DNA of 64,000 nucleotides from Octopus vulgaris (Eukaryota): NCBI GenBank assembly GCA_951406725.2, contig OX597831.1, positions 17,360,001 to 17,424,000 of the forward strand, read 5' to 3'. Shown piece by piece: positions 41,360 to 60,005 of this stretch (position 1 is its first letter; each line of letters starts with the position of its first letter). The notes under the pieces were generated by a model. It saw only the letters and a program-made list of their open reading frames with translations, ran no database searches and was not told where the DNA came from. The position numbers and the translations under genes were made by a program.

Positions 41360-42000
41360 TTTAAGGATCTTTCATCCGAACAGGATTTGCACTCTTTCAG
41401 CCAAAGAGTCTACATTTATTCAGTACATTCACATAAGGCTGTGATGTCTCAGTTACATTCTATTTTATCACATGCGCTATTTCGTTAATTTTCATTGTCG
41501 AAGCGTTGCTGACAAACTTCGTAGCTTCACATTTAGCGTATGTCGTAAGGGGGCAAATTGATTGACAGAGCGATATTTATATTCACTATCACATAATCCA
41601 ATATAGGCCTTCGTATCAGTCGTAATATTTATTAGGAATGCACTAACGTTTGCCTTATATTTGATAGATTTAGTCATACATCGTTGGTCAATGAAGATGG
41701 TCCTGGGGCGCGATATTTGGAACTGGATTTAAGCTCATGCAATTGACCACGCGTAATTATACTCTCTATATAGTGGCACACTATTATCAATTAGATTAAC
41801 ACTAAGAAGAAATCTACAACTAAGCAAAACCTAACACAAATTGCCCAAAATGGTAAAACGAACTTCGGTAAAAGATTCTTGGCTCTCTTAGACAAACACG
41901 TTCAATCATCTCCAAGTGAGAGGAAAATATTTAAGACGATTCAGTTGCATTAACGGAAAATTTGGAAATTCGGAACTATATTTGACATTGCTATACAAAC
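41360..42000. mobile_element. Head-to-head Penelope-like relic (GIY-YIG on minus, thumb/linker on plus)
   Basis: Minus strand KSIKYKANV...KAYIGLCDSEYKYR. Plus strand TNFGKRFLALLDKH. Paralogous copy at ~60860-61700. Confidence 0.65.
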
Positions 42001-42071
42001 ATTATAATTTTGTATGTGAATATGTTCACGCGTAGAAACTTGTTTCTTACTATGTATATTCACACTTCTGG

Positions 42072-42192
<121 letters not shown>

Positions 42193-42589
42193 CATACGGC
42201 ACACAATTATACATACATGTATACACACATAAGCACGTACAAGCACACACGCACACATACACTAAGTAAAGCACAGTTCTTCGCAACACATCCAAACTCT
42301 ATGCATACACACATGAACACACACACACTACAAACAAAACACACACACGATACATATACATACACGCACACACATACACATACTTCAAAGTTACAGTACT
42401 GACCTATGGTAGGGACAAAAAAGACACCACTCCATATTCTACTAGCCCTACAAACTTGCCCACTAGCCCTTTGTTTACAGCCACAGCCTCACACACATAC
42501 ACACATACACGCACACACACACACACACACACATATGTGTCATCATTGCACACATACACACACACGCACACGCAGACCTCCGCGCACGC

Positions 42590-42900
42590 ACGTATCCACA
42601 CTTACACACACATTCCCCTCTACCATTCTGCTGTCTTTGACAATAATACTCTCCTGTCTTTGAAAACATCTTTCTTCACCCTTTTCCTTCCGGTCTTTCA
42701 AAATATGACCTCGTGTGTACCGTTGACAATTCTTTTTCCTCTGTCTTCCATTCTCTGGATCTTTCCTACTCCTATGTTCCCGACGAAGAGCTCCGCTCGA
42801 AACGTTAAGTCCTCCTTCTTCCCTTCTTTCCTGAGCGTCCAATAATATTATACTTGTTACACGTCCTCGCGTTGTTGTGTTTTTTTATGCTTTCTTTTTT
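42590..42900 (+). mobile_element. Penelope-type pLTR fragment with minimal hammerhead
   Basis: CCGACGA-AGAGC tcc GCTC-GAAACGTT at ~42780-42806. Absent from duplication copy 2. Confidence 0.55.
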
Positions 42901-44219
42901 GGACTATCTCTCTCTCTCTTTCTATAAATATATATATATATATATATGAGACGGACCTCCTTCAGCTACCGTCTGCCAAATTCACAAACAAGGCATTCGT
43001 CGGCCAGAGTCCATAGATTTGACATGCACATGCTTAAACTGAACTTGTGTTAGAAGCGCTTTAATAAAGGCATTGTAGTACTTCAGATAAAGCGAACTTT
43101 ATGTTGCACATAGGTCCGATTTATACGTGGGAAGCCCCTTTGTACAAGCATTCAGTTGCAATAACTGACAACCCAAACTTCATCAATATATCAAAGAACA
43201 ATGAAAGATGATTCTACCGCAATACTTCGCCAAACATAAATTCAAACTGCAAGCATGCAGGAGATTCAATGCCAGGTGAGACGTCATCCACGAAGACGAA
43301 GCGAACATCCATGTACCAAATTCCCCCACCCCCAACTGATGGCGATAACACTATCGTAATTATTGCATGGGATGTGTAGCTAAAGCATGTTTAGTAATAC
43401 ATCTTACCCGTTAATTATTAGAAAAATGATAAAAAGAAGCAAAATTGTTATGAATTCCTTCGTTAGATATTTGTTACAAGGAATCGGAAAAAAATGCTAC
43501 TTTAGTTGACAATATTAGCCATTAGAATTCTGGAATAGAAATAACATCTATGGTCACCAAGCTTTATACATTTAAGAAAAGGTGAGCCCCATGAAACTTC
43601 CCGATTTCCAATACCTCAAGTTGGATAGGTAAATATTCGAAGTATTAAAATTGTATGCAAGCGAAGAAAGCGAGAAAAATATGCATGCATAAACTTAGAA
43701 TAATCTGCCCCAAACGCCCAGAAATTGTGTTCTTTAGGAAACCCGAAAATCAGCTCCCCTCCAGTTGCCTGAAACTCTCATCTTGAAATTTCACGTCCGC
43801 ATCCTGTCACAGACTAAACGTTTCTGTCAGATTCTTATCAAAAAATATATATTGAGTGTATTTAAGGGCGGTAAAAAATAAACCACAATGTCTAGTTCCT
43901 AGGATTTGACAAACATCGAAATCATAGTAAATTATTCTGAGTAAGATTCTCATAGTGCCGCCTGCAGTGGCGAGGACAGCAGATCAATTTCCCTTCAACA
44001 TTAAATGTACTGAAAAAACGGTATCTATAGCGTAATTTGTCACAAACCTAAAATAAGTATTTGTAAATTATTTGAAAGGAAGTAACGTCTTGATTATGTC
44101 GTCTTGTCGTGCATTGGATTGATTTATCACGATATTAATGCCATCTGGGCAGCACCTTTTTTTAAAATCTCATACATATGATAGCAGAGAGGCTCATAAA
44201 AATGTTTCTTCTTAAACTC

Positions 44220-44396
44220 ATAAATTCTAAATAACTGACGTGCAAACACAATATTTCATCATGAACAATAAACATTTAAAGAGTTTATAGTCATAAATAT
44301 ACGGAGTGTAACGTATTTTAATTCATATTCATATATAAAAAAGCCATCTTGAAGACAGCTTTATCATAAAAAAACCGGTGGTGAATAAGTGAAATT
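44220..44396 (+). promoter_or_regulatory. Gene B promoter with TATA box (TATAAAA 44334-44340)
   Basis: TATA about 57 nt before the ATG. Block conserved with the gene A and gene C upstream regions. Confidence 0.6.
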
Positions 44397-44436
44397 ATGA
44401 TGAAAATTGCAGCTTTTATTTTTGTTCTCTTAATTA
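44397..44436 (+). CDS. Gene B exon 1 (signal peptide MMKIAAFIFVLLI)
   Basis: ATG ATG AAA...ATT A|gtaagt, phase 1. Paralogous to gene A exon 1. Confidence 0.85.
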
Positions 44437-44769
44437 GTAAGTATTTTTATTACTATCATGCTAATTGATCTGACAATAATTATCAGTATATCTCTGAGTT
44501 TCAGTCATTGTAATAATAAAAAATAGAGCAGTAAATATTTATCATAATTCCTCTTTGTAAATATATTTCTGTATCGACTTAAACAATTACACTGTACGAT
44601 AGAAAAAAAAACGGTTTCCTTTCTATTTAATAATTTTCAGCTGATTTAGGTTAATTTTGGGTTGCCGAATCAGAATCTGACATCAGTTGTCAGAGAGCAT
44701 GTGCAGTTGTTTAGTTATTCACAGCATATTCCAAGTGATTGATCATATTAAAACTTTATTAGACTATTT

Positions 44770-44844
<75 letters not shown>

Positions 44845-44945
44845 ATATAATATAATATAAAAAAATACCTTCTGCTCTTAGACCGACAGTTTAAATTAAA
44901 GATGAATGTAATTTCATGCATTAACAATTCTCTTTCAAATGCTAG

Positions 44946-45027
44946 GTCAATCAACTTCCAGGTGTCCATATTTCCCGCGCGATTATTGGTGCAACAAATA
45001 CCATGGTGGCGCAGTCTCTGTCCACCG
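44946..45027 (+). CDS. Gene B exon 2 (82 nt, SQSTSRCPYFPRDYWCNKYHGGAVSVHR)
   Basis: tttcaaatgctag|GT...CG|gtaggt. Both flanks are homologous to the gene A exon 2 flanks. In-frame and 18 nt shorter. Confidence 0.75.
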
Positions 45028-45749
45028 GTAGGTAAGAAAAAAATAACCGCTTGTATTAATATTCAGAATGAAACTTTGCAAAACGTAAGAAATTACCTGT
45101 ATTTTTGTTTGTGTCACCGTCTATTTTCAAATCGTGTTATATTGAAATTTCATATCCGACAAAATATATGTTTATACATAAATTTTATATATACACTGTG
45201 TTTCTATATATATTATTATATACACTGTGTTTATATATAAATTTTATATATTCACTGTGATTATATATAAATTTTATATATACACTGTGTTTATATATAT
45301 ATTTTTGTATATACATTAATGGAGAAAATTAGAGGAGGAAATATAATTTATAGACAGTTGTATTTCTATCTCATTATTTTCCGAATGGTATTTTGACTGT
45401 TTATTCTATAAACTGTGTTCATTATTTACAATATCGTTCGTAGGTTGTGATTAATTTGAAAAATTCATCATGTACAAAATTACAGAGAGTTTGAAGTAAA
45501 ACTTTTAACGTAATACCTTACAACACTTTGACCTTGGTTAACTGATTTGACCTAACAATACAAAGATTAATATTGTTTAGAAGTGAATATGTAATCATGA
45601 ATATACAACAAAATTTTGAAAGACTGAGGATGCGATTAGTTACATAGGAAAAAAAAGGATTGGAATTGTCTGCTATTATTAGTAACATTAAAGTATCACG
45701 CTTGTTCTCCCATACTCAAGCATCTAAATATGAGAAACCGAAATTCGAG

Positions 45750-46590
45750 GTTAATCGTTGCCAATGAGCACGTATTTGGACGGATGACAATCTTTATGAA
45801 GAAGCATGCTTGATTGTGTCCTTAGAAAAACGGCAAAAACCACGGAAAACATGTGTTTTGCCAGACGGTGTGAAAGAGTTTTAAAACTACTCCAGGAAGA
45901 TATGTGGTTCACGGCTACAGGGAAGTCGGTTTTAATGCTTGTCCCAACGTCACTCAGGCTTCACATCAGTATGAAGAATGGAAAACCAAGTTTAAGCTTT
46001 GCCATTGTGCTAATAATTTGGACGCATGATAATTGATTCTTTTTTATTTCTGCCATGACAAATGCAATTTTCGTTTGTTTGCCTCCGGTCATAGGTAGGA
46101 CGTGAGATGTCTGATAATTGCAGGATTGCTACCTTCATGCCTGAAGAAGGGAGTGAAACTTCGATTTAGGCATTTAATTGTATAGTGAATGGCTCCTTCG
46201 CCAATTTAGGTATATCTACTTTCCAGCATTCATCATCAGGTGTTCTGGTGGAATTTCGAACCGTTCTAATTACCTAGGTAATATTATTATTATTTCTGTT
46301 GTCCCGTTTTTAGTCGCGTGCGCTTTAATCTACTGCGCTATATGTTTTAAATATCATACCCGACATGTGGACCAGCCTTATTGTGATGGAGGAATAACTC
46401 TCGTCAAGGAACCAAACATCGTCTATTTTCTTCCAACGCTGAATTAAGCCGAACGAGTTTCTTGAAGTAGATCTCTTTTATTATCGTTAGGTTTGGGTTT
46501 AAATCTTCAAAGTGGGCACAAGCCTTGCAAACAGTGGGTGAAGTCCTATTTTAACGTCTGTTGTTTCTGTTCCTCCTTTACTTGTCCACC
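45750..46590 (-). mobile_element. Highly degraded LINE fragment (probably R4/Dong RT N-terminus)
   Basis: Weak PEHLMMNAGK...NYQTSHVLP resemblance to PEWL..GKT...NYRPITCLP. Confidence 0.35.
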
Positions 46591-46638
46591 CTCTTCGGCG
46601 CATGACATTTCCAATGTTAACACATTGTTATACACTAG

Positions 46639-46720
46639 TCACTATTTGGTCCACAAACCGTTGATTCGTGAGACATGGCAGCAAATAAGAGAGCACACAC
46701 ACTCTCTGCGCGCGATTTGA
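46639..46720 (+). CDS. Gene B putative exon 3 (terminal), HYLVHKPLIRETWQQIREHTHSLRAI*
   Basis: Upstream atttccaatgttaac matches the gene A exon-3 flank. The original acag is mutated to acac, with an in-phase tag 3 nt later. Codons GTC CAC AAA align with TTC GAC AAG of gene A. Confidence 0.42.
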
Positions 46721-46729
46721 TATGGACAG

Positions 46730-47110
46730 TGTGTCAGTAACCCATCGAGCTAATTTACTCACTTTTACAATGGCACGCTGTTGTCAATGAATGGTTGAAG
46801 GACGAAGTCTAATCTTCTCTCCTTGTTCCTCAACATTTATGATGGGATTTCGTCCCACCAGCTTTTGTGACACGTGGTGGTTGAACTCTACAGAACTTTT
46901 AAATCGAGGCTTGTCTACTGGTCTGTAGTTTCCGTCTCGCAATTTCTTGAACCGTCGTTGACACTGGTTTACGCTAATTGTCGATCCCAAAATACTACAT
47001 TTATATTCCACAAACATTCCATTGCCTTCTTGCCTTTATTGAAGTTATAAAACAAAATACGCCGGATATGTTCTTTCATCACTTCCATTACAGCTGTGAA
47101 AATAACTGTT
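46730..47110 (-). mobile_element. Mariner transposase N-terminal relic
   Basis: MKEHIRRILFYNFNKG and TISVNQCQRRFKKLRDGNY...DKPR. Confidence 0.75.
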
Positions 47111-47491
47111 AAAATATGTTTCGTTTCATAAATTATTTAGTTATTAATCAGTTCCTACAAATTTTATTATAATTAATAAACATACTTTTATGATAGGATC
47201 CCTTATTAGGTTCATAATATAGAATTTGCAATAAGGAATTAACCAGTTATTTTTAAGTTGTGGAATCTATTTCACATGTCGCCCACAGACACCTTCCACT
47301 GTGAAGAGAAATAATGAGTGATAAAAATGGCTTTATTTATAGCGGTTTTTACCTGTCATTTCTAAACATTTCAGGGTTTTGAATCTCCCTTAGTCATAAT
47401 GGTGACTCGTTCATAATTATAACGATTCTTCGTCTTTGTATTTTATAATAACATGTTTGGCCATTCATATATATATATCTATATATATATA

Positions 47492-47533
<42 letters not shown>

Positions 47534-48024
47534 TATATAATACATTTTTTACATTAACTTTTTTAATTATCAAACTTTCCCAACTCATGTCCGTTGAATT
47601 TGGGGTGTCTTAAATTCACGGGTCTTTTCTCATAAACGCTGTGTATGGCATTTGAACACAAAACTTGAATGTGTAGGTAAAGGTTGAAAACTTTCTGGTG
47701 CCGGTCGGGATAAATGTTAGCCCTAATGTAATGCCTTATTTTCATTTCTATCCATCGGAATACTTCATTGACGAGACGAATGGGTCTCTTAATAGTATCC
47801 CTAACTACAGAATTGCAAAAGCCAATGGGCCAGTTATTTTTAAGTTGTTGATTCTATTTTTATTATCTCCTGCCTACAGTTCCTATCGGAAAAGAAATAA
47901 TATGTATGATTAAAATAGCTTTTTCTTATAAAGGTTTTGACTGTTAGTTCTAAATTTTATTAAGTATAATTGTGACATTTACACACACACACATGTTACG
48001 CAGACACACACACACACACATACA

Positions 48025-48063
<39 letters not shown>

Positions 48064-48149
48064 CATATATAAATACATATATATATATACACGGTGTATA
48101 TTTTCAAATATATATGTACGTATGCATATATGGTATATATGTATATATG

Positions 48150-48221
<72 letters not shown>

Positions 48222-48242
48222 CATATATATATTTATATATAC

Positions 48243-48816
48243 ATACACTTGCGTCGGAAATTAATTAGCACTTCTCAAATTTCTACATGTTGTAATATTT
48301 TCTTAATTTAATTAACTTATTATCAGAAACGAACTCGTTTTTAATCAAAAATTTATTAAAACATATCCCAGCACACCACATAATTCTTATTAAACGTGAA
48401 GTTTAGTCAATATCTTGTTGCTCCTCCTTTGGCACCAATGACAGCTGCTACGCGGGTCGGCATGCTGTCTATGAGTGCCTGCAGGTACTGTGCAGAAATG
48501 GCCCCTCATGCAGCAAGAAGTGCCCCAAACAGCTCGTGTCGGTTCCTGTATTGCTGCACATTCAAATCCCTACCCAATCGACTCCAGAGATTCTCAATAG
48601 GGTTCAGGCCAGGTGACTGGCCATCACGTACTCCTCGCCACCAAAGCGGTATCCCGTACTATCTCAACGTACTTTGCTGCGTTGATGTTGCCTTCAACGG
48701 CATAGAGCCGCCCAACACCACTGTAGCTGAACGCCCCTCACACCATCAGACCACACCCACCATGCTTCATGGTGAGCAAATCAAGGGTGCTAATTAATTT
48801 GTGAGAGTAGTGTATA
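48243..48816 (-). mobile_element. Internally deleted Tc1-like element with TIRs
   Basis: tacacttgcgtcggaaattaattagcac ... gtgctaattaatttgtgagagtagtgta. Minus-strand SPGLNPIENLW...LIDSMPTRVAAVIGAKGGATRY. Confidence 0.8.
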
Positions 48817-48872
48817 TACCATATATACCATGTATAGTTTCAAATAAATATGTACGTATGCATATATGGTAC

Positions 48873-48937
<65 letters not shown>

Positions 48938-49084
48938 GTGAAATAGAAAGATGAATAATCTTGTAGTAGATTAATCAAAAGTTTAACCGATACCTTAGTA
49001 GCAAAAATCACAGCAGTAAAACAGCACGGTTGGAGGTACAACCATATGGTGTTGCAACCGTGCGTTGGTGCGGATAATTGAAAT

Positions 49085-49695
<611 letters not shown>

Positions 49696-49754
49696 ATATT
49701 TATATATATATCTATACCATATATGCATACGTACATATATATATATGAAAATAT

Positions 49755-50410
49755 ACAGCGTGTGAAGGGTAAATTGTCACTTGATATGTCTAATTTTGCA
49801 TGTATGCATTATTTGTTGTTTTCGTTGCCTCGTTGACTATGCATCATAGAATCATCGGTTGGTCTCCATCTTTGAGAGTTACATCACCATGATGCAATTT
49901 ATCCTGACAGAAATGGAGAAACTACATGCCGTAATGTTTGGCATTCGCCGTCGGATCTCCAATGCACATAATGCAATGTATGGTGGTGTGGATCTGAGGC
50001 CAGCGCAGGTATTCAATGTGACAAAATCAAACGTCATCCTGTTTGAAGTAATCACTAATAATCGCAGCGTTATGCTTACTTTGCCCTTCTCACTCGGTCT
50101 TGGACTCAAATAGAACGCCTGTATCACGTGCCTGGCGGGGTTAGTGCAAACGTGGGACAACAGGGTGGGTACTGACTCCACACCCAGCCACACAATCCGG
50201 AGAAACCATTCTCACTGCGATAACATCAACCCCAACATCAGCCTACGCAACTCTCCAGATTGCAGCCCACCTGGTTATCACGTGTCCTGACCATTTCATT
50301 GACAGACCAAAAGAGAGAAATCCTTATAAAACCAAAGATTGGTTCAATGAAGGGATTATATGCGAAAAACGTACACTTTGGCTTTTGAAGATATTTTTGT
50401 ATACATTTGG
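49755..50410 (+). mobile_element. Degraded Tc1/mariner-superfamily relic
   Basis: TA-CAG.GTG end. Remnants of QQGGY*LHT and NSPDCSP (QQD.AP.H / SPDxNP). Confidence 0.45.
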
Positions 50411-51481
50411 GAAATATATCTCCTAAAATGAGGCATCAGAATTAATTCCATTTGGGGATAATTTAGAGGCCATTTATTCACCACACAATGTATATATACA
50501 TAAATACCAAATGCCTGAAATAAGTAGACTCCCCATCATATATCGTTTTATTCTTATTTTCTTCGTTTTCTGTTTTCTAAGATTATTTGCCTACGCTACA
50601 TTAATAGCAATTCTAAAGAGACAAAATATTTTAGGATAAAGTCCTATACGAGAAGAATATTAGGATGGAACCTTGCAAATAATATCTTTCTGTGGCTTCA
50701 AGAATGAAAAAGAGGTAATAATATGAAGAAGGCGAAATATTAATGTACTAGAAAAAGATAAATAATATTATTTGAACTCAAATGAAACGGTATAACGACA
50801 CGAATATATTTGGATAAATCTCTTTTTAAAAATATTAAACAGTAATGTAATATGAATATGTTTTTGCAAATTACTATAAATATTTCTTATTCTCTTTAAT
50901 TTATACTTAACAAAACAGCTACATATTAAACCTCTATTAAACTAATAAAAATAACACTAATTAAAAAAAATGTTATCATTTACAATTTTCTTTTATAAAC
51001 ATTGTATAAATATATATATATTTATTAGTTTTATATATACTGCTATTTATCCTCTATAAGTTTTGGATGGATACAATTTCTAACGTTCAACAAAACATTC
51101 AGAAACTATCTATAATAGAAAGGCAATTTTTCAATCATAAAGGTAAATATATTTAAGTATAATATTAGTAGTGTTATATAGAATAAAAATGATTAGTCTA
51201 AAAATAAATTGCGGGAGCAGTATTATAGCGTGGTCATAAGTATTGAACCTGGATAAGTACAGAATAGTATTTAATCCTGGAAAACAACAAGATAAATGTA
51301 CAGATCTATTTAAGTACGTTATTTACGTTATTCATATTTGAAGTTTATTTGTTCTCATGTTGTGTGTTGTTAACACAACTTTTCGAAAGATATACATTCC
51401 AGCCTTCATTAGGCACCTTAGGGAAACTTCGAGGCTTGTTTATCACCTCTAAGGAAATTTTATGCTATTATTATTATTATT

Positions 51482-51778
51482 GAGTGAGAGAGCAGTTCAT
51501 GCCATCAAAGTGACACTGGGGTAAAATATACGAAGCCCAATATACCCATCATGACTACCCGTCTGATAAAGGTACACCAGGCACATGCATCACAACCATA
51601 TGTGCGCGATATGGTGATCTCATATCAATATAAACAGCACATGACCTTGCAGGTGGGGCCCAGTTAGAATTTTCTTCAGGTCGAGTAGCCCATCCCGCTC
51701 AAACGGTCCCTGAATAAGGGTTGTTTAAGGATGTTGAAAGAACCACCCATGTTTCCAGAGGTGAACTATTCAAACCCC
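51482..51778 (-). mobile_element. Truncated copy of the (TAA)n-inserted non-coding element
   Basis: Closely similar to 1730-2027. Confidence 0.75.
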
Positions 51779-55905
<4,127 letters not shown>

Positions 55906-55913
55906 TTATTATA

Positions 55914-55997
<84 letters not shown>

Positions 55998-56004
55998 ATT
56001 ATTA

Positions 56005-56098
<94 letters not shown>

Positions 56099-56114
56099 AT
56101 TATTATTATTATTA

Positions 56115-56180
<66 letters not shown>

Positions 56181-56196
56181 GTTATTATTATTATTA

Positions 56197-56228
<32 letters not shown>

Positions 56229-56297
56229 GTTATTGTTATTATTATTATTAATATTTTTATTATTATTGTTATCATTATTATTATTATTATCATTATT

Positions 56298-57507
56298 CAG
56301 TAGTTTTATTTTTATAGCGTGCTTTCACTTCACTACCGAGCACAGCTCTGTGTGCCTTGGGTATGTGCTGTGATTTGTTGTGATGCTCTGATGGTTATTG
56401 TATGGAAAGTGTTCTGCCTAGGATGTGTGCAGTGCCTAGTAGTGCAATTTTCTGTATGTTATATGTGTTTGTAAGTCCTGCTGTTTTTGTTATGTATTTG
56501 TCTGAATATTTTTTTATCATGCCTAATGCACCTACTATGATAGGAATTGTTTCTGTTTTCAGATTCCACATTCTAGTTACCTCTATTTCCAGGTCTTTGT
56601 ATTTTGAGAGTTTCTCCATTTCTTTTAGAGTCACGTTGTCATCTGCCGGTATTGATACATCAATTAGAAAGCATTTTTTTTCTTCATGATCTCTGACGAC
56701 TAGATCTGGTCTGTTGGCCTTAATTTCTCTATCTGTGTGTATCGGCATATCCCAGAGTATGGTTGCTTTCTCGTTTTCTGTGACCTTTTCTGGTGTGTGC
56801 CTATACAATCTTTTTTCTGTTGTTATTCCATAATGTTGGCATAGCTTCCAATGTATGTAGGTTCCACCTCTGTCATGTCTGTGAATATATTCCTTCTTAG
56901 CCAAGATTGGGCAGCTAGAGATAATATGATTTATTGTTTCTTGTCCATCTCCACATATTCTGCAGTTACTTGTAATATTTCTTTTCATTACATGTTTTTG
57001 GTAATTTCTGGTGGGGAGGCTTTGGTCTTGTGCTGCAATTAAAAATCCCTCTGTTTCTGCTTTGAGTCCTGAGCTTCTCAACCATTGCTGGGATTTTTCT
57101 TTGTCTATTTCTTTTGCGTTTAGTTTAGTCCAGTATTTACCATGAAGGGGCTTTTCTTGCCATCGTTTTTTCATGGTTCGTTGCTGTTCTATTTTTAGTT
57201 TGAATTTCATTTATTTTATAGCTTTTGTTGTTTCTTCATCTTCTTTTTCTTCTTCTTCGTGTTTATTAGGTGGTATGATTTCTTGTTTGTATTTGTCAGC
57301 TTCCTTAAATACTGAGAACAGTCTTTTGTTTTGCTCGTGTTTTGCCGCTATCTGGATCAGTTTTCCTTCCTTCTGAAGTAGATATTTTTGCAGTCCTATG
57401 GTGGTTATTTTATAGTAGTTTTCCAGCTGTATAAGGCCTCAACCACCTTCTATACGTTGTATATATAGTCTTTCTACGTCAGATTTTGGGTGATGCATCC
57501 TAGATCC
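56298..57507 (-). mobile_element. 5'-truncated R4/Dong LINE in (TAA)n
   Basis: Intact 271-aa ORF 56395-57210 with a CCHC finger and RLE motifs (RPDLVV, IDVSIP, KLSKY). Confidence 0.92.
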
Positions 57508-57593
<86 letters not shown>

Positions 57594-57597
57594 GTTA

Positions 57598-57682
<85 letters not shown>

Positions 57683-58002
57683 CATTATTATTTTTATTAT
57701 TATTATTATTTTTTTTATTAACTTCACAACCTGTAATCGAACTCGGAAACTTGGGCATATGTGCGTAGTGGTTTAAAACGAGGGCTACCAACCCCGAAAT
57801 TCCGAGTTCGATACCAGGCAATGACCTTTATAATAGTAATAATAACAACATCGAAAATAACATAGTAATGAGAACCCAGGTTACAAATTACTCAAATAAA
57901 CCCGATGACGCTTGGATGGTATATCAGCCGAAAAGTTGTGCTATCAACAAACAAGATAAGGACAAAAATTCGTCAAATATACATAATGTAAATAGAATTT
58001 AG

Positions 58003-58119
58003 GTTGAAAAACATCCTGCTGAAATTAAAGTTTGTGCAATGAATATTTCTAAATATATATTTTCCTTTGTATTGCAAATTGATTCGGATAACATATTTAA
58101 TATAAACATGTCTTTGTAA
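58003..58119 (+). pseudogene. Exon-5 homolog (VEKHPAEIKVCAMNISKYIFSFVLQ...), probably an orphaned gene B tail
   Basis: tttag|GTT. Upstream intron 51050-51300 is homologous to 39480-39710. Codon alignment with gene D exon 5 (I-x-[LV]-[FC]-[GA]-[VM]-N-[LI]). Confidence 0.45.
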
Positions 58120-58639
58120 TGGGCTGAAAATTTTCTGGTTTTCAAAGAGTCGAAAATAATTCGCCAGAATACATTTAAATGTTGAACTGAATCGAACGGT
58201 TTTGAGTGTGTTTTTTAAAGGGTTTAGAAATACATCCGACGTTGCAATTGTTTTTATTTTGAGCACATGATCTCAGGTCACCATAAGTTTTGGTTTAGTT
58301 TTTGTATTAAATAAATATTTGTTATAATTATAATTTAATGTTTTGAGATACCACATTCTATCGATTTCAATCTGCAAATTTTGCTTTTTATAAGCTTCCC
58401 TAATTTCTTGCCAGGAATATTACGTTCACAATATACGCTCAACTCAATCAATAAAGACATATTATTTTGGGTTTCACTACAATATACGGTTTTAAAGCGT
58501 TAATAGTCCGCTCTCTATGAACAGGAATGTCACAATGTATCGTTACATTTTCTCTTTCAGTAACATACTCTAGATGATGCTTGTAACATTTGTCAGCATT
58601 TTCATTTTATAATAGTGACATATCGTTGCATTTTTATCA

Positions 58640-59090
58640 CTTTGATTCTTCTTCATTTCTAATATTTTCGCCTGGCATTTCCCTGTTAATCATCTCTGAA
58701 TTTGATCAGCTTAGATAAAGCCTTCACTTTCTACCTTTAGCCCTGATCTCGGGAGCTACTGATGGTTGTATTTCTTGTGTACATCATCGTATTTGCTACG
58801 GGCCACATATTTTCCATGCCTATATTCTTGCTCCCACCTATCACTCATATGCCCTAACGCTTTTTTGCTTACCATTGATTTAAACTTCTTTGCAGCAATT
58901 GTGGTTGCACTCCCATCATGCTTTTAGGTCTGGATTTTATGAATAAACTCAGTGAAGGTTTTGCTCTCTCTTCCATGGCAGAGTGAAACTTCTTACGTCT
59001 TAAGTGGATTTTAAGAATTCTATCATCACGCTGTTAATATTTCCAAGATATTATTCAGTCCAATTGTTGGGCTTTTGTAAGAGATTTCAA
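58640..59090 (-). mobile_element. Old R4/Dong LINE fragment
   Basis: WEQEYRHGKY...RSGLKVESEGFI. Confidence 0.55.
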
Positions 59091-59973
59091 ACTGGATCAA
59101 TCCTAGACTTGCTTGGGCTCTCAGAAAGTAAAAACGATGTTCGTCTGCCTTTGATAGTTGCATCTTATTGCAAGTCAGCAGATTACAGATTTCCCTATGA
59201 ATCGTCCTTCTTTCGCGGGTATATTTTGAGGTTATATCAGCCGAAACGTTGTTTTAACAATAAACAAGATGAGGGCAAATATCCCTCTAATGTGAATAAT
59301 GTAAATGATGTAATAAAATCTCATTTTACGAATTTGTTTAAAAGTTTATATGCATGAAATAGATGAGCTGATATGTGAACTCAATTAGACTTTGGGAGGA
59401 AACAATTAGCAAGGTTGAGCAAAAACAATTGTAAAATATATAGATATATTGAAGGTGTTTTTATTCAATTTTCTAATTAAAAAGGTAAATATAGTTAATT
59501 ATAATAATAGGAGTTTTGCATGGGAAAAATAGACTGGAATGAAAGATGCGGGTTTAGTATCGTAGTATATTCTTAAGTATTCAACCTTGATAATTAGAAA
59601 ACAGCATTTAACCCTGGAAAATTAAACCAAAAGAAGAAAGTAAACTGAAGATATTTCTGCTGTATTTAGATTTGCGAAAGAAATTCCTGAAATTGTTCTG
59701 TGAATACTATGTGTATTGTGGAGGGTGTTACTGTTCCAGTCGTGTTCTCTATTGAGGCTCGCCTGTCTACAGATAAGTGTATAGCCTCTATAATCTGCCG
59801 AGGTGTCGTGTCTGTTCTGTGCGTCGAAAGTACTTAAACCACATTTTCTTTCGGGACTTTGGACAGCCGCAGCGCCATAGGGTGAGAGGATGCGAATGAG
59901 TGGAATGTCCACAGTGCTGTTAAAATTTAGAACACGTACACAATCAGACACTGATGTACACACACACGCACAG

Positions 59974-60005
<32 letters not shown>

